A stretch of 64,000 nucleotides of DNA from Chloroflexota bacterium (GCA_021786385.1 JAJYNJ010000054.1:12810-76809); one strand, 5' to 3'; counted from the first letter of the stretch, positions 18,667-32,337 are shown. Notes: a model not told the origin generated them from the sequence alone. Translations and numbers: made by a program.

Positions 18667-19095
18667 GTGCCGACCATCAGCCAGCTCGTCCGCAAGGGCC
18701 GGTCCCGGAAGATCGAAAAGATCAAGGCGCCCGCCATGCGCAGGAACTGGAACAGTCTGCGCCAGCGCCAGGTGCCGATTCCGGGCGCCCCACAGAAGCG
18801 CGGCGTCTGCCTGCAGGTCAGGACGATGACCCCCAAGAAGCCGAACTCCGCCCTGCGCAAGATCGCGCGCGTCCGGCTCTCGAACATGATGGAGGTCACC
18901 GCCTACATCCCGGGCATCGGCCACAACCTGCAGGAGCACTCGGTGGTGCTCGTGCGGGGCGGCCGCGTGAAGGATCTGCCGTCGGTGAAGTACCACATCA
19001 TCCGCGGGACACTCGACTCGGCTGGCGTCCGCGACCGCAAGCAAGGTCGCTCGAAGTACGGCGCGAAGGCGCCGCAGAACCAGAAGGTCAAGTAG
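18667..19095 (+). CDS. rpsL: 30S ribosomal protein S12
   Basis: [24 protein letters not shown]. Confidence 0.99.
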   Translation: MPTISQLVRKGRSRKIEKIKAPAMRRNWNSLRQRQVPIPGAPQKRGVCLQVRTMTPKKPNSALRKIARVRLSNMMEVTAYIPGIGHNLQEHSVVLVRGGRVKDLPSVKYHIIRGTLDSAGVRDRKQGRSKYGAKAPQNQKVK

Positions 19096-19560
19096 ATGCC
19101 GCGTCGCGTTCAGACCCCCCGCAAGGCCAAGTACGCCCCGCCGCTGACGCGCACCACCGACCGCTTCGTGGTGAAGCTGATGAAGGATGGCAAGAAGGGG
19201 CTCGCCGAGAGGATCCTGCGACAGGCGCTCGCCCGCGCCGAGGCGGCGGCGCGGCGGCCCGGGCTCGAAGTGCTCGAGGCGGCGCTGCGCAACGCGACCC
19301 CCATCATCGAGGTCAAGCCGCGGCGCGTGGGCGGCGCCACATACCAGGTGCCGGTGGAGATCCGCGGCGACCGGCGCATGTCGCTCGGCGTCCGCTGGCT
19401 CGTGCAGTCGGCCCGCAAGCGGAACGGCAAGTCGATGAGCGAGAAGCTTGCGGGTGAGCTCGTCGACGCCATGAACGGCCTGGGGGCCGCGGTGAAGCGC
19501 CGCGAGGACACCCACAAGATGGCCGAAGCGAACAAGGCCTTCAGCCACTTCAAGTGGTAG
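19096..19560 (+). CDS. rpsG: 30S ribosomal protein S7
   Basis: [23 protein letters not shown]. Confidence 0.98.
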   Translation: MPRRVQTPRKAKYAPPLTRTTDRFVVKLMKDGKKGLAERILRQALARAEAAARRPGLEVLEAALRNATPIIEVKPRRVGGATYQVPVEIRGDRRMSLGVRWLVQSARKRNGKSMSEKLAGELVDAMNGLGAAVKRREDTHKMAEANKAFSHFKW

Positions 19561-19592
19561 GCCGGACACCAGCAGGGAAGTAGACCGTAATC

Positions 19593-21671
19593 GTGGCACG
19601 TCAGGTTCCGCTCGCGAAAACGCGGAACATCGGCATCATCGCGCACATCGACGCTGGGAAGACCACGGTCTCCGAGCGGATCCTCTTCTATACGAAGAAG
19701 ATCTACAAGATCGGCGAGGTGCACGAAGGCGCCGCGACGATGGACTGGATGCCTCAGGAGCAGGAACGGGGCATCACCATCACCGCGGCGGCGACGACCG
19801 CGTTCTGGAACGATCAGCGTATCAACCTGATCGATACGCCCGGGCACGTGGACTTCACCGTGGAGGTGGAGCGCAGTCTGCGTGTCCTCGATGGTGCTGT
19901 GGTGGTCTTCGACGGCGTGGCCGGCGTGGAACCCCAGTCGGAGTCGGTCTGGCGCCAGGCCGATCGGTACGGCGTGCCGCGCATCTGCTTCATCAACAAG
20001 ATGGACCGCACGGGAGCGGACTTCCGGCGGGGGGTCGAGTCGATCCGCGACCGGCTGGGAGCCAACGCCGTCCCGATCCAGATCCCGATCGGCGTCGAGG
20101 ACCAGTTCCGCGGCGTGGTCGATCTGGTCACCATGCAGGCGCTGGTCTGGGGCTCGGACGAGCTCGGCAGCACCTACGACGTGGTCGAGATCCCGGCCGA
20201 GCTGCGGGCCGAGGCGCAGCGTCACCGCGAGGAGCTCGTGGGGGTAGCGGCCGAGATGGACGACGCGCTGACCCACAAGTACCTGGAGGGCGTGCCGCTC
20301 AGCGAGGAGGAGATCCGGCACGGGATCCGCCTGGGCACCCTCCAGATGAAGATGATCCCGGTGCTCTGCGGATCCGCGCTGCGCAACAAGGGAGTGCAGC
20401 CCGTGCTCGATGCGGTGGTCGACTACCTGCCCTCGCCGCTCGACGTGCCGCCCACCATCGGCGAGGATCCCGAGACCCACGCCGAAGTGGTGCGCACGGC
20501 CGACGACAACGAGCCCTTCGCGGCGCTCGTCTTCAAGATCGCTGCAGATCCCTACGTCGGCAAGTTGGCTTACTTCCGGGTCTATTCGGGGACGCTGCGC
20601 GCGGGCTCGTACGTGCTGAACTCGACCAAGGGGAAACGCGAACGGATCGGCCGCATCCTGCAGATGCACGCGAACCATCGTGAAGAGATCGAGGAGGTCT
20701 ACGCCGGCGACATCGCTGCGATCGTCGGCCTCAAGGAATCCTTCACGGGCGACACGCTGTGCGACCCCGCCCACCCCATCATCCTCGAAACGATCCGCTT
20801 CCCCGAACCCGTCATCGAGGTCGCCGTGGAGCCGCGCACGAAGGCCGACCAGGACAAGCTGGCGCTGGCCCTGCAGCGGCTTGCGGAGGAGGACCCCACC
20901 TTCCGGGTGAAGACCGACGAGGAGTCCGGGCAGACGCTCATCGCTGGGATGGGCGAGCTCCACCTCGATGTGCTCGTCGACCGCATGACCCGCGAGTTCC
21001 GGGTCGCGGCCAATGTGGGGAAGCCGCAGGTCTCCTACCGCGAGACGATCCGGCGGGCGGCCGACGGCACGGGGCGCTTCGTGCGACAGACCGGCGGCCA
21101 CGGTCAGTATGGCCACGCCGTGATCCGGATCGAGCCCAACGCCCAGGGCGCGGGCTACGAGTTCATCGACAAGATCGTCGGCGGGGTGATCCCGCGCGAG
21201 TTCATCAAGGCCGTCGACGCGGGCATCCGCGAGGCACTGGCGACCGGCATCTACGCCGGGTATCCGGTGGTCGACGTCAAGGTCACGCTCTACGACGGGT
21301 CGTACCACGAGGTCGACTCGAGCGAGATGGCGTTCAAGATCGCTGGTTCGCTAGCGGTCAAGGACGCGTTCGAGCGGGCGGATCCGGTCATCCTCGAACC
21401 CATCATGCGGGTGGAAGCGACGATGCCGGAGGCATTCATGGGCGATGTCATCGGCGACCTGAACAGTCGCCGGGGGCATATCGAGGGGATGGAATCCCGG
21501 GGTTCGACCCAGGTCGTCCGTGCCCTCGTGCCGCTCGCCAACATGTTCGGCTACGCGACCGACCTGCGGAGCATGACCCAGGGACGCGCGAGCTATTCGA
21601 TGGAGTTCGCGCACTACGCCGAGGTCCCGGCGCAGGTTGCCCAGGAGCTCGTCCAGAAGTCGAAGGTCTGA
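19593..21671 (+). CDS. fusA: Elongation factor G
   Basis: [24 protein letters not shown]; 692 aa. Confidence 0.99.
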   Translation: MARQVPLAKTRNIGIIAHIDAGKTTVSERILFYTKKIYKIGEVHEGAATMDWMPQEQERGITITAAATTAFWNDQRINLIDTPGHVDFTVEVERSLRVLDGAVVVFDGVAGVEPQSESVWRQADRYGVPRICFINKMDRTGADFRRGVESIRDRLGANAVPIQIPIGVEDQFRGVVDLVTMQALVWGSDELGSTYDVVEIPAELRAEAQRHREELVGVAAEMDDALTHKYLEGVPLSEEEIRHGIRLGTLQMKMIPVLCGSALRNKGVQPVLDAVVDYLPSPLDVPPTIGEDPETHAEVVRTADDNEPFAALVFKIAADPYVGKLAYFRVYSGTLRAGSYVLNSTKGKRERIGRILQMHANHREEIEEVYAGDIAAIVGLKESFTGDTLCDPAHPIILETIRFPEPVIEVAVEPRTKADQDKLALALQRLAEEDPTFRVKTDEESGQTLIAGMGELHLDVLVDRMTREFRVAANVGKPQVSYRETIRRAADGTGRFVRQTGGHGQYGHAVIRIEPNAQGAGYEFIDKIVGGVIPREFIKAVDAGIREALATGIYAGYPVVDVKVTLYDGSYHEVDSSEMAFKIAGSLAVKDAFERADPVILEPIMRVEATMPEAFMGDVIGDLNSRRGHIEGMESRGSTQVVRALVPLANMFGYATDLRSMTQGRASYSMEFAHYAEVPAQVAQELVQKSKV

Positions 21672-21694
21672 GGGGACACCGAGGAGCTACGCCA

Positions 21695-22895
<1,201 letters not shown>

Positions 22896-22904
<9 letters not shown>

Positions 22905-23204
22905 CAGCGGATCCGGATCCGCCTCAAGGCCTACGACCACCGGCTGCTCGATCAGTCGGCGCTCCAGATCGTGGAGACCGCACAGCGGACGGGCGCCGAT
23001 GTCGTCGGCCCGGTGCCGCTCCCGACCCGCATCGAGAAATTCACCGTCCTGCGTTCACCGTTCATCGACAAGGACAGCCGGGAGCAGTTCGAGATCCGCA
23101 CCCACAAGCGGCTCATCGACATCCTGGATCCGTCGTCGAAGACCGTCGACGCCCTGATGCGACTCTCGCTTGCCGCGGGCGTCGACATCGAGATCAAGAT
23201 GTAG
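22896..23204 (+). CDS. rpsJ: 30S ribosomal protein S10
   Basis: [26 protein letters not shown]. Confidence 0.98.
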
Positions 23205-23816
23205 ATGAGCATCGGACTTCTCGGCCGCAAGGCCGGCATGACACAGATCTTCGCCGAGGACGGCACCATGGTGCCCGTCTCCGTCCTCATCGTGGAGCCC
23301 AACACGGTGACGCGCCTGCGCACCCCCGAGCGCGACGGCTACACCGCCGTGCAGCTCGGCACGGGGACCGCGCGCCGGCTGACGAAGCCGCGCCTCGGTC
23401 AGCTGCGCGACCTGCCGCGGGTGCGCCACGTGCGCGAGTTCCGTGTGGCGAGCGTGGACCCGTACCGCGTCGGGCAGGAGCTCCGCGTGGCCGAGCTGTT
23501 TGCGCCCGGTGACAAGGTGGACGTGACCGGCGTCAGCAAGGGCAAAGGGTTCGCCGGTACCGTGAAGCGGCATCACTTCCGGCGTGGTCCAGAGACCCAC
23601 GGGTCCGACTCGCACCGCCAGCCGGGTTCCATCGGCGCGGGCACCACGCCGGGCCGTGTCTACCGCGGCCTCGGCATGGCGGGCCACATGGGGGACGAGC
23701 GAGTCACGATCAAGAAGCTGACCGTGGTGCGCACCGATCCCGAGCGCAACCTGCTGCTCGTGAAGGGGTCCGTGCCGGGCGCCCCCAACGCCCTCGTGAT
23801 GGTCAGGAAGGCGTAG
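23205..23816 (+). CDS. rplC: 50S ribosomal protein L3
   Basis: [22 protein letters not shown]. Confidence 0.98.
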   Translation: MSIGLLGRKAGMTQIFAEDGTMVPVSVLIVEPNTVTRLRTPERDGYTAVQLGTGTARRLTKPRLGQLRDLPRVRHVREFRVASVDPYRVGQELRVAELFAPGDKVDVTGVSKGKGFAGTVKRHHFRRGPETHGSDSHRQPGSIGAGTTPGRVYRGLGMAGHMGDERVTIKKLTVVRTDPERNLLLVKGSVPGAPNALVMVRKA

Positions 23817-23820
23817 CCCG

Positions 23821-24444
23821 ATGCCGCAGACCACCCTCTACCGCAAGACCGGCGAGGAGGCCGGGACCGTCGAGCTGCCGGACGCGCTCTTCGCAGCGCC
23901 CGTCAACGCGGCCGTGCTGCACCAGGCGATCGTCGCGCAGCTCGCCGGGCGCCATCTTGGCACGCACAGCACGAAGAAGCGTGGCGAGGTCGCGGGCGGC
24001 GGCAAGAAGCCGTACCGTCAGAAGGGAACCGGCCGCGCCCGCCAGGGCTCGCGCCGCGCGCCGCACTTTGCGGGCGGTGGCGTCGTGTTCGGGCCACGCC
24101 CCCGGAGCTACGAACAGCGGCTGCCGCGCAAGATGAAGCGGCTGGCCCTGCTCGGCGCGCTCACCGCCAAGTACGGCGACGGTGCGGTGCGCGTCGTGGA
24201 GGACCTGGCCCTCGAGGCGATCCGGACCCGTGAGCTCGTGGGGTACCTGAGCGCCCTCAACGCGGCCGGGCGGGTCCTGGTGGTGGCGCCGAGCCGCGAC
24301 CAGCGGCTGACGCTCTCCGCCCGCAACCTGCCCGATGTCGAGGTGATCCTGGCCAACTCGCTCAACGTCGTGGACGTGCTGAACGCGGATCTGCTGCTGA
24401 TCGAGCAGCCCGCGCTGGCGACGCTCGCGGAGGTGTACGCATGA
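23821..24444 (+). CDS. rplD: 50S ribosomal protein L4
   Basis: [22 protein letters not shown]. Confidence 0.98.
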   Translation: MPQTTLYRKTGEEAGTVELPDALFAAPVNAAVLHQAIVAQLAGRHLGTHSTKKRGEVAGGGKKPYRQKGTGRARQGSRRAPHFAGGGVVFGPRPRSYEQRLPRKMKRLALLGALTAKYGDGAVRVVEDLALEAIRTRELVGYLSALNAAGRVLVVAPSRDQRLTLSARNLPDVEVILANSLNVVDVLNADLLLIEQPALATLAEVYA

Positions 24445-24743
24445 CGCTGCAGAGCGCCGAGGTGATCCTCCGGCCGGTCATCAGCGAGAAGTCGATGGAC
24501 CTGACGCAGCGGAACAAGTACACGTTCCGGGTCCACGACGATGCCAACAAGCTGCAGATCAAGCGCGCCGTGGAGGACCTCTTCAAGGTCACCGTCCTGG
24601 CGGTCAACGTCTCCACGACGAAGGCCAAGGAAAAGCGACGCGGAACCAAGCGCGGGCGGATCACGGGCTCGACGAACCCGTGGCGCAAGGCCGTGGTGAC
24701 GGTCGCCGCCGGCGACAAGATCGAGTTCTTCGAGGGGGTCTAG
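24441..24743 (+). CDS. rplW: 50S ribosomal protein L23
   Basis: PVISEKS, ANKLQIKRAVE, WRKAVV. Confidence 0.97.
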   Translation: MTLQSAEVILRPVISEKSMDLTQRNKYTFRVHDDANKLQIKRAVEDLFKVTVLAVNVSTTKAKEKRRGTKRGRITGSTNPWRKAVVTVAAGDKIEFFEGV

Positions 24744-24746
24744 GCG

Positions 24747-25577
24747 ATGCCGCTGCGAAGCTACAAGCCGACCTCCGCCGGCCGGCGGTTCATGACCCGC
24801 TCGACGTTCGCCGAGATCACGACCGACGAGCCGTACAAGCCACTGCTCGAGCCCCAGAAGCGGGGCAGCGGGCGGAACAACCAGGGACGCCTCACCGTGC
24901 GCCACCGCGGCGGCGGCGAGAAGCAGCACTACCGCCGTATCGACTTCAAACGGGACAAGTTCGGGGTACCCGCCCGTCTGGCGACGATCGAATACGATCC
25001 CAATCGTTCCGCGCGGATCGGGCTGCTCCATTACCGCGATGGGGAGAAGCGCTACATCCTGGTGCCCAATGGGCTGCACGTGGGCGATGTGGTGGTGAGC
25101 GGCCCAGGTGTCGAGGCGCGCGTGGGGAATGCCCTGCCGCTCGCCGACATCCCGCTTGGCACCACGATCCACAACATCGAGCTGGTGCCCGGCCGGGGCG
25201 GCCAGATCGTGCGCTCGGCGGGAGCCTCGGCGCAGTTGCTCGCCAAGGAGGGGGAGTGGGGCACTGTCCGGCTCCCCTCTGGTGAGATGCGTCGTGTGCC
25301 GCTCCGCTGTATCGCCACGGTCGGCCAGGTCGGCAACCTCGACCATGAGAACCAGAGTCTGGGGAAGGCCGGCCGCGCCCGTCACATGGGACTACGCCCC
25401 GAAGTGCGCGGCGTGGTGATGAACCCGCGCGATCACCCGCACGGCGGTGGCGAGGGCAAGTCGCCCACCGGCATGCCGCCCAAGACGCCCTGGGGCAAGG
25501 CCGCGATGGGGCTGCGCACGCGACGCAACAAGATTACGGGACGCCTCATCGTGCGCTCCCGGCACCGCAAGAGCTAG
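24747..25577 (+). CDS. rplB: 50S ribosomal protein L2
   Basis: [21 protein letters not shown]. Confidence 0.99.
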   Translation: MPLRSYKPTSAGRRFMTRSTFAEITTDEPYKPLLEPQKRGSGRNNQGRLTVRHRGGGEKQHYRRIDFKRDKFGVPARLATIEYDPNRSARIGLLHYRDGEKRYILVPNGLHVGDVVVSGPGVEARVGNALPLADIPLGTTIHNIELVPGRGGQIVRSAGASAQLLAKEGEWGTVRLPSGEMRRVPLRCIATVGQVGNLDHENQSLGKAGRARHMGLRPEVRGVVMNPRDHPHGGGEGKSPTGMPPKTPWGKAAMGLRTRRNKITGRLIVRSRHRKS

Positions 25578-25595
25578 GCCGAAAGGAGGTCGCTG

Positions 25596-25880
25596 ATGTC
25601 GCGGTCAGTCAAGAAGGGACCGTTCGTCGAGGCGCGTCTTCTCGGCCGTGTCCAGGAGATGAACCGGCGCAACGAGAAGCGGGTGCTCAAGACCTGGTCC
25701 CGGGCGAGCGTCATCTTCCCCGACTTCGTCGGGCACACCATCGCCGTGTACAACGGGCGCAAACATATCCCGGTCTACGTGACCGAGAACATGGTCGGAC
25801 ACCGGCTGGGCGAGTTCGCGCCGACACGGACCTTCCGTGGGCACGGCAAGCACACCGAGCGCTCGACGGCGCTGAAGTAG
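25596..25880 (+). CDS. rpsS: 30S ribosomal protein S19
   Basis: [18 protein letters not shown]. Confidence 0.98.
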   Translation: MSRSVKKGPFVEARLLGRVQEMNRRNEKRVLKTWSRASVIFPDFVGHTIAVYNGRKHIPVYVTENMVGHRLGEFAPTRTFRGHGKHTERSTALK

Positions 25881-25889
25881 GAGCACGTC

Positions 25890-26228
25890 GTGCGAGTCGC
25901 CGCCACTGCCAAGTACATTCGCCGCTCGACACGCAAGACGCGCCTCGTCGCCCAGGCGATCGTCGGCCGCCCCGTCAGCGAGGCGACGGCGATCTTGCAG
26001 TTCATGCCCCAGGGCGCGGCGCGGGACGTCGCCAAGGTGTTGAAGAGCGCCGCCGCGAACGCGGAGAACAACCACCACCTCGCACCCGACGACCTGGTCG
26101 TCGCCGAGGCGCGAGCCGACGAGGGCCCGACCATCAAGCGCTGGCATCCACGCGCGCAGGGGCGCGCCTTCCCCATCCACAAGCCGATGACGCACATCAC
26201 CGTGGTCGTCGAGAGCAGGGAGGCCTAG
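25890..26228 (+). CDS. rplV: 50S ribosomal protein L22
   Basis: [16 protein letters not shown]. Confidence 0.97.
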   Translation: MRVAATAKYIRRSTRKTRLVAQAIVGRPVSEATAILQFMPQGAARDVAKVLKSAAANAENNHHLAPDDLVVAEARADEGPTIKRWHPRAQGRAFPIHKPMTHITVVVESREA

Positions 26229-26230
26229 CC

Positions 26231-26899
26231 ATGGGGCACAAGGTCCATCCCTACGGTTTCCGGATCGGCGTCTCGCGTGGCTGGACGGCGAACTGGTACG
26301 CCGACAAGGGCTACACCGACCTCCTCAAGGAGGACTTCGCGATCCGCGACCTGATCGACAAGCGGCTCGCCAACGCGAGCGTCAGTCATGTCGAGATCGA
26401 GCGCGGCATCAACCACGTCACCGTCACGATCCACACGGCCAAGCCCGGCATCGTGATTGGCAAGGGTGGCGCCAACGTCGAGGCGCTACGCCAACAGATC
26501 GGCCGGATCTCGAGCCGCAAGGTCAAGCTCGAGATCAAGGAGATCCGTCAGCCGGAGCTCGACGCACAGCTCGTGGCCGCCAACATCGCGCAACAGCTGA
26601 GCCGGCGCATCGCTTTCAAGAAGGCCATGAAGCAGTCGGTCCAGCGCACCATGAAGGCCGGTGCCAAGGGCGTGCGGATCGCCGTCGCCGGGCGCCTCGG
26701 TGGCGCGGAGATGGCGCGCCGCGAGTGGGAGCGCGAGGGTCGCATCCCGCTCGGCACGCTGCGCGCCGACATCAGCTACGGGCAGGTGCATGCCCACACC
26801 ACGTACGGCCGGATCGGGGTCAAGGTCTGGATCTACCGGGGCGATATCATCCCGGAGCGTCAGGCGCCCCGTGAGGCCGCGGTAGCAGCGGGGGCCTGA
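26231..26899 (+). CDS. rpsC: 30S ribosomal protein S3
   Basis: MGHKVHPYGFR, PGIVIGKGG, GRLGGAEMAR. Confidence 0.98.
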   Translation: MGHKVHPYGFRIGVSRGWTANWYADKGYTDLLKEDFAIRDLIDKRLANASVSHVEIERGINHVTVTIHTAKPGIVIGKGGANVEALRQQIGRISSRKVKLEIKEIRQPELDAQLVAANIAQQLSRRIAFKKAMKQSVQRTMKAGAKGVRIAVAGRLGGAEMARREWEREGRIPLGTLRADISYGQVHAHTTYGRIGVKVWIYRGDIIPERQAPREAAVAAGA

Positions 26900-26902
26900 G
26901 CG

Positions 26903-27331
26903 ATGCTGCTTCCTAAGCGTGTCAAACACCGGCGCGTCATGCGCGGCCGCATGAGCGGCACGGCCAAGGGTGGGACCACCATCGCGTTCGGCGAGTACGG
27001 CCTGATGACGGAGGAACCGGCCTGGATCACCAGCCGTCAGATCGAGGCGGCGCGGCGCGCGATGACGCGCTCCGTCAAGCGCGGTGGCAAGGTCTGGATC
27101 CGCATCTTCCCCGACAAGCCGGTGACCAAGAAACCAGCGGAGACCCGGATGGGCTCCGGCAAGGGCGCCCCCGACCACTGGGTGGCCGTCGTGAAGCCCG
27201 GGCGGATCCTCTTCGAGCTGGCGGGGGTGCCCGTCGAGGAGGCCGCGGAGGCGATGCGGCTGGCCGGGCACAAGCTGCCGGTCAACGTGAAGTTCATTGT
27301 CAAGGAGGGCGTCGTCGATGGACATCGATGA
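26903..27331 (+). CDS. rplP: 50S ribosomal protein L16
   Basis: [17 protein letters not shown]. Confidence 0.98.
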   Translation: MLLPKRVKHRRVMRGRMSGTAKGGTTIAFGEYGLMTEEPAWITSRQIEAARRAMTRSVKRGGKVWIRIFPDKPVTKKPAETRMGSGKGAPDHWVAVVKPGRILFELAGVPVEEAAEAMRLAGHKLPVNVKFIVKEGVVDGHR

Positions 27332-27533
27332 GGTCCGTGCGCTCTCTGATGACGAGCTGGAGGCCGAGCTGGCGGCGGCCCGTCGCAACTTGTACGACCT
27401 CCGGTTTCAGTTGGCGACGCGTCAGTTGAGCGACTACAACCAGATCAGGAGCACGCGCAAGCGGATCGCTCGCATCCTGACCGTCCAGACCGAGCGTCGT
27501 CTCGGACGGGCGACGGCGGAGGTGGGGCGATGA
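27318..27533 (+). CDS. rpmC: 50S ribosomal protein L29
   Basis: LYDLRFQ...IARILTV; AGGAGG SD before ATG 27318. Confidence 0.95.
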   Translation: MDIDEVRALSDDELEAELAAARRNLYDLRFQLATRQLSDYNQIRSTRKRIARILTVQTERRLGRATAEVGR

Positions 27534-27907
27534 GCGGAGTGAGAGTGGAACGGCAACGGAAGACCAAGGTGGGGCGGGTGGTCTCCGACAAGATGGACAA
27601 GACGATCGTGGTCTCCGTAGAGCGGCTCTCCCGCCACCCGCTCTACAAGCGTGTGGTCCGGCTGACCACCAAGTTCAAGGCCCACGACGAGCACAACGAG
27701 GCCCGTATCGGCGATACGGTGCGCATCGAAGAGTCGCGGCCGCTCAGCGCGACCAAGCGCTGGCGCCTCGTCGAGATCGTGCAGCGCGCGACCGATGGCG
27801 CGGCCGACCAGCTGGTGGCGGAGGAGGCCTCGACCGCCGAGGCGATCCACGCGGCCGCTCATCCGGGCCGACATGAGGAGGCCCCCTCCGGGGGGGCGAC
27901 TGCATGA
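27530..27907 (+). CDS. rpsQ: 30S ribosomal protein S17 with C-terminal extension
   Basis: [30 protein letters not shown]. Confidence 0.97.
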   Translation: MSGVRVERQRKTKVGRVVSDKMDKTIVVSVERLSRHPLYKRVVRLTTKFKAHDEHNEARIGDTVRIEESRPLSATKRWRLVEIVQRATDGAADQLVAEEASTAEAIHAAAHPGRHEEAPSGGATA

Positions 27908-28272
27908 TCCAGCAGTACAGCCGGCTCAAGGTCGCCGACAACACCGGCGCCCGCACCATCCAGTGCATCCGCATCATGGGCCGCTCGAGCAAGACGACCG
28001 CCGAGGTCGGCGATGTGATCATCGCCAGCGTCAAGCAGGCGATCCCGAACGCCGCGGTCAAGAAGGGCGACGTGGTGCGCGCGGTGGTGGTGCGAACCGC
28101 CAAGGAGTACGGGCGACCCGACGGCAGCTACATCCGCTTCGACGAGAACGCGGCGGTGCTGATCAACAACCAGGGCAACCCACGCGGCACGCGGATCTTT
28201 GGTCCCGTGGCACGTGAGCTGCGTGACCGCAACTACATGAAGATCGTATCGCTCGCGCCGGAGGTGCTCTAG
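27904..28272 (+). CDS. rplN: 50S ribosomal protein L14
   Basis: [23 protein letters not shown]. Confidence 0.98.
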   Translation: MIQQYSRLKVADNTGARTIQCIRIMGRSSKTTAEVGDVIIASVKQAIPNAAVKKGDVVRAVVVRTAKEYGRPDGSYIRFDENAAVLINNQGNPRGTRIFGPVARELRDRNYMKIVSLAPEVL

Positions 28273-28274
28273 CG

Positions 28275-28661
28275 ATGCCGGGCGAGGTCGTGAAGCACAG
28301 TACGAAAGTGCCGGAGATCCGGCGGGGCGACCAGGTGGTCGTGCTGACCGGCAAGGATATTGGGAAGCGCGGCGTGGTCGAGCGCGTCGTGCGGCCCGAT
28401 CGCGTCATCGTAGGGGGCGTCAACGTCTCGAAGCGGCACACCAAGCCACGCACGATCCAGGGCCGCAACGAGTCCGCGCCGCAGATCCAGCAGGGCGGCA
28501 TCCTCGACAAGACGATGCCGCTGGCGATCAGCAACGTGATGGTCGTCTGTCCTTCGTGCGGCCATCCGACCCGGGTCCGCCATGCCACGCTGGCCACCGG
28601 CGCGAGCGTCCGGGTCTGCGCCCGCTGCGGCGAGCCGCTCGCGCGCGAGGTGAAGGCATGA
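28275..28661 (+). CDS. rplX: 50S ribosomal protein L24 (CxxC...CxxC)
   Basis: [23 protein letters not shown]. Confidence 0.96.
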   Translation: MPGEVVKHSTKVPEIRRGDQVVVLTGKDIGKRGVVERVVRPDRVIVGGVNVSKRHTKPRTIQGRNESAPQIQQGGILDKTMPLAISNVMVVCPSCGHPTRVRHATLATGASVRVCARCGEPLAREVKA

Positions 28662-29197
28662 GCGAGCTGAAGCGGCGCTACCGCGAGGAGGTCGTTCCGG
28701 CGCTGCAGAAGGAGTTCGCCTACGGGAACCCGATGCAGGTGCCGCGTGTCGAGAAAGTCGTGGTCAACATCGGGCTCGGGGAGGCGCTGCAGAACGCCAA
28801 GGCGCTCGACGCCGCGGTCGCGGACCTGACTGCGATCACCGGACAGAAACCGATCGTGACGCGGGCTAAGCGCTCGATCGCACAGTTCCGGCTCCGCACC
28901 GGCAACGCGATCGGCGCCAAAGTGACGTTGCGCGGCGACCGCATGTGGGATTTCCTGGAGCGCCTCACGCAGCTCGCCCTGCCGCGCATCCGTGACTTCC
29001 ACGGCGTTCCGTCCCGCTCGTTCGACGGGCGCGGCAACTACTCGCTCGGGCTGCGCGAACAGCTCGCCTTCCCCGAGATCGACTACGACAAGGTGGACCG
29101 TCTGCGCGGGCTCGAGGTGAGCATCGTGACGACGGCGAAGACCGACGAGGAATCGAAGAAGCTGCTCGAGCTCCTCGGCATGCCCTTCGCCGGCTAG
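28658..29197 (+). CDS. rplE: 50S ribosomal protein L5
   Basis: ITGQKP, LPRIRDF, FPEIDYD; ATG 28658. Confidence 0.98.
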   Translation: MSELKRRYREEVVPALQKEFAYGNPMQVPRVEKVVVNIGLGEALQNAKALDAAVADLTAITGQKPIVTRAKRSIAQFRLRTGNAIGAKVTLRGDRMWDFLERLTQLALPRIRDFHGVPSRSFDGRGNYSLGLREQLAFPEIDYDKVDRLRGLEVSIVTTAKTDEESKKLLELLGMPFAG

Positions 29198-29217
29198 CGG
29201 CGCGGGAGGGACCACAG

Positions 29218-29403
29218 ATGGCCAAGAAATCGATGATCGCCAAGGCGAAGCGCCCAGCCCGGTTCAAGGTCCGGGAGCACCACCGGTGCTTCGTCTGCGG
29301 CCGGCCGCGCGGCTACATGCGCCGCTTTGCGCTCTGCCGCATCTGCTTCCGCGAGCGGGCGCTGCTTGGGATGCTCCCGGGCGTGACGAAGTCGAGCTGG
29401 TGA
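29218..29403 (+). CDS. rpsN: 30S ribosomal protein S14 type Z (Zn-binding)
   Basis: RCFVCGRPR...LCRICFRE; 61 aa. Confidence 0.97.
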   Translation: MAKKSMIAKAKRPARFKVREHHRCFVCGRPRGYMRRFALCRICFRERALLGMLPGVTKSSW

Positions 29404-29407
29404 ACCG

Positions 29408-29806
29408 ATGAACGTCTCCGACCCGATCGCCGACATGCTGACCCGCATCCGCAATGCGAGCCGGGCGCGCCATCCCGAGGTCCTCGTCCCGGCGTCGCGG
29501 ACCAAGCGCGAGATCGCCCGGATCCTCAAGGAGGAAGGCTTCATCGCCGACGTCGACGAGACTCGCGACGGTCCGCGGGCGATGCTGCGCATCACGCTCC
29601 GCTATGTAGGCGGCAAGGCCCCGGTGGTCTCGGGGCTCAAGCGCATCAGCAAGCCCGGCCTGCGCGTCTATGCGCGCAAGACCGACATCCCGCGTGTCCT
29701 GGGCGGCCTCGGCATCGTCATCGTCAGCACCAGCCAGGGGATCATGACCGGCGCGCAGGCCCGCAAGGCCCAGCTCGGCGGCGAAGTCCTGGCGTACGTC
29801 TGGTAG
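29408..29806 (+). CDS. rpsH: 30S ribosomal protein S8
   Basis: [21 protein letters not shown]. Confidence 0.98.
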   Translation: MNVSDPIADMLTRIRNASRARHPEVLVPASRTKREIARILKEEGFIADVDETRDGPRAMLRITLRYVGGKAPVVSGLKRISKPGLRVYARKTDIPRVLGGLGIVIVSTSQGIMTGAQARKAQLGGEVLAYVW

Positions 29807-29812
29807 GCCGTC

Positions 29813-30364
29813 ATGTCACGTATCGGACGACTCCCCATTCCGATCCCACCCGGCGTCGACGTGGCGCTGGACGGCTCGTCGATCACGGTCACTGGCCCAC
29901 GTGGGCAACTGCATCGCGAGCTCGCCCCCGAGCTGACGGTGGTCCGCGAGGACGCGGCCCTGCGCATCGAGCGCCCGCGCGACGACAAGCGCTCGCGCGA
30001 GCTCCACGGGCTCACCCGCACCCTGGTGGCGAACATGGTCGCCGGCGTCACGACCGGGTATCGCAAGCCGCTCGAGATCACGGGCGTCGGGTACCGGGCC
30101 CAGAAGGTGGGCGAGAAGCTGCAGCTCAGCTTGGGCTACAGCCATCCCGTCGAGATCGAGCCCCCGGCCGGGATCAGCTTCGAGCTGGAGAACCCGACGC
30201 GGTTGGCGGTCGTGGGGATCGACAAGGAGCTGGTCGGCCAGGTGGCCGCCCAGATCCGGGCGGCGCGCAAGCCGGAGCCCTACAAGGGCAAGGGTGTGTG
30301 CTACGCCGGCGAGCTGATCCGCCGCAAGGCCGGCAAGGCCGGCAAGATCGGCGGCAAGAAGTGA
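29813..30364 (+). CDS. rplF: 50S ribosomal protein L6
   Basis: [20 protein letters not shown]. Confidence 0.98.
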   Translation: MSRIGRLPIPIPPGVDVALDGSSITVTGPRGQLHRELAPELTVVREDAALRIERPRDDKRSRELHGLTRTLVANMVAGVTTGYRKPLEITGVGYRAQKVGEKLQLSLGYSHPVEIEPPAGISFELENPTRLAVVGIDKELVGQVAAQIRAARKPEPYKGKGVCYAGELIRRKAGKAGKIGGKK

Positions 30365-30418
30365 GTCACGGCGGGCCCAGCACGGGCCCGCGGCATCCGT
30401 AGGAGTACGACGACCGAT

Positions 30419-30781
30419 ATGGCCCAGGCACCTTCCCGGAGCGCCGCGCGCCAGAAGCGCCACGAGCGGATCCGTCTCACCCTGCGGGGGACGGCGGCGC
30501 GGCCGCGCCTGGCCGTCTTCCGCAGCATCGACCAGATCTATGCCCAGGTCATCGACGACAGCGCCGGCCACACGCTGGCCGCGGCCTCGTCGCTCGAGCC
30601 GGAGATCCGCTCGCTCGAGGCGACCAAGACTGAACGCGCCCGGACCGTCGGCCGGCTGATCGCCGAACGGGCGAAGGCGGCTGGCGTCGAGCGGGTGGTC
30701 TTCGATCGGGCGGGCTATCGCTACCACGGACGCGTGAAGTCGCTCGCCGACGCGGCCCGCGAAGCGGGTCTCGACTTCTAG
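30419..30781 (+). CDS. rplR: 50S ribosomal protein L18
   Basis: [21 protein letters not shown]. Confidence 0.97.
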   Translation: MAQAPSRSAARQKRHERIRLTLRGTAARPRLAVFRSIDQIYAQVIDDSAGHTLAAASSLEPEIRSLEATKTERARTVGRLIAERAKAAGVERVVFDRAGYRYHGRVKSLADAAREAGLDF

Positions 30782-30801
30782 GGATCGGAAAGGAGCCACC
30801 G

Positions 30802-31338
30802 TTGGCGAGGATCGACCCAGCCAGGCTGACGCTCGAGGAACGCGTCGTCCAGATCAACCGCGTCGCCAAGGTCGTCAAGGGCGGCCGGCGTTTCAGCTTC
30901 AGTGCGGTCGTCGTGGTCGGCGACGGCGCCGGCCATGTCGGCGTCGGGCTCGGCAAGGCCGGCGAAGTGCCCGAGGCCATCCGAAAGGGCGTCGAGGACG
31001 CCAAGAAGCACCTCATCCGCGTGCCGCTCGTGGGCACCACCATCCCGCACGAGGTGCGGGTCCGGTTCGGGGCCAGCAACGTACTGCTGCGGCCGGCCTC
31101 GCAGGGGACCGGCGTCATCGCGGGCGGCTCGGTGCGCGCCGTGGTGGAGTCGGCGGGGATCCGCGACATTCTGTCGAAGTCGCTCGGCTCGACCAATCCG
31201 GTGAACGTAACCCGGGCGACGCTCGAGGCGCTGCGCAGCCTGCGCAGCGCAGAGGAGATCTCAGCGCAGCGTGGCGTGCCGCTGCGCAGCGTGATCAGCG
31301 GTCAGCCGACCACGGAGGTGGCTGCCGATGCCCGATAA
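30802..31338 (+). CDS. rpsE: 30S ribosomal protein S5 (TTG start)
   Basis: [19 protein letters not shown]. Confidence 0.98.
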   Translation: MARIDPARLTLEERVVQINRVAKVVKGGRRFSFSAVVVVGDGAGHVGVGLGKAGEVPEAIRKGVEDAKKHLIRVPLVGTTIPHEVRVRFGASNVLLRPASQGTGVIAGGSVRAVVESAGIRDILSKSLGSTNPVNVTRATLEALRSLRSAEEISAQRGVPLRSVISGQPTTEVAADAR

Positions 31339-31708
31339 GCTGCGCGTTCGCCTGCGCAAGAGCCCGATCAGTTACACGGCCAAGACTCGCGGCACGGTCC
31401 GCGCGCTCGGCCTGCACCGGCTGCACGAGACGGTGGAGCTTCCGGACAACCCCGCCATCCGCGGCATGGTGCGTGCCGTCCGGTTCCTCGTCGAGGTCGA
31501 GGCGGTCCCGGCACCCTCGCCTGCGGCGGCGCGTGCGCGCCGCCGCGCTCCCGCGACGACCGCCGAGCCGGCCACGACGGCGCGGGGCGCGACGACGGTC
31601 CCCGCAGCCGATGCGACTGCGCCGGCTGTCGATGGGGCGCCTCCTGGGGCACCCGCGGCGCCTGGGGCCCAGCCGAGCGAGCCGGCGTCCGAGGAGGGAG
31701 AGGCATGA
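31328..31708 (+). CDS. rpmD: 50S ribosomal protein L30 with long Ala/Pro/Thr tail
   Basis: KSPI...TVRALGL...DNPAIRGMV; synteny. Confidence 0.93.
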   Translation: MPDKLRVRLRKSPISYTAKTRGTVRALGLHRLHETVELPDNPAIRGMVRAVRFLVEVEAVPAPSPAAARARRRAPATTAEPATTARGATTVPAADATAPAVDGAPPGAPAAPGAQPSEPASEEGEA

Positions 31709-32334
31709 AGCTGCACGACTTGCGCCCCGCTGAGGGGTCGCATACCCCTCGCACGCGCGTCGGCCGCGGCATCGCGGCCGGCAAGGGCAAGACGGCGGGC
31801 CGCGGGACCAAGGGTCAGAAGGCGCGCACCGGGGGCACCATCCCGGCCTGGTTCGAAGGGGGCCAGACACCCGCCTCGCAACGGATCCCGAAGCTGCGGG
31901 GGTTCAAGCGCCGCTTCCGGCTCGAGTACGCCGTGGTGAACGTCGGCCGGATCAACGAGGTTGCCGCCGCCGGTGGCTTCGGGGAGCCGGCACCGGGCGC
32001 TCCGATCGCCGTGAACCCGGAGCTGCTGCTGGCGGCCGGGCTCATCGGCTCGCTGCGCAACCCGGTCAAGGTGCTCGGCCAGGGCGACGTCGACCGTCGC
32101 CTCTTCGTGGTCGCGGACGCCTTCACGAAGAGCGCGGCCACGAAGATCGAGGTGGCGGGGGGGACGGCGCAGATCCTGGAGCTGCCCGACGAGCCGCTCG
32201 CCGCGCTCGGCGTCGAGGCGCGCGGGAGCAGCGCTGCGGCCCGGACACCGACCCAGACGCCGGCTGAGGCCCAGGCCTCGCCGTCGGCACCGGCCACGGC
32301 GCCGCAGTCCGCGCCGGGCGCGGGAGCGGAGTAG
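31705..32334 (+). CDS. rplO: 50S ribosomal protein L15 with C-terminal extension
   Basis: RVGRG...GKTAGRGTKGQ, FEGGQ. Confidence 0.97.
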   Translation: MKLHDLRPAEGSHTPRTRVGRGIAAGKGKTAGRGTKGQKARTGGTIPAWFEGGQTPASQRIPKLRGFKRRFRLEYAVVNVGRINEVAAAGGFGEPAPGAPIAVNPELLLAAGLIGSLRNPVKVLGQGDVDRRLFVVADAFTKSAATKIEVAGGTAQILELPDEPLAALGVEARGSSAAARTPTQTPAEAQASPSAPATAPQSAPGAGAE

Positions 32335-32337
32335 ACG

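Noticed and set aside
30299-30301. L6 KGKGVCY instead of KGKGVRY
   Set aside because: A single C>T change; cannot be distinguished from a sequencing error or neutral variant
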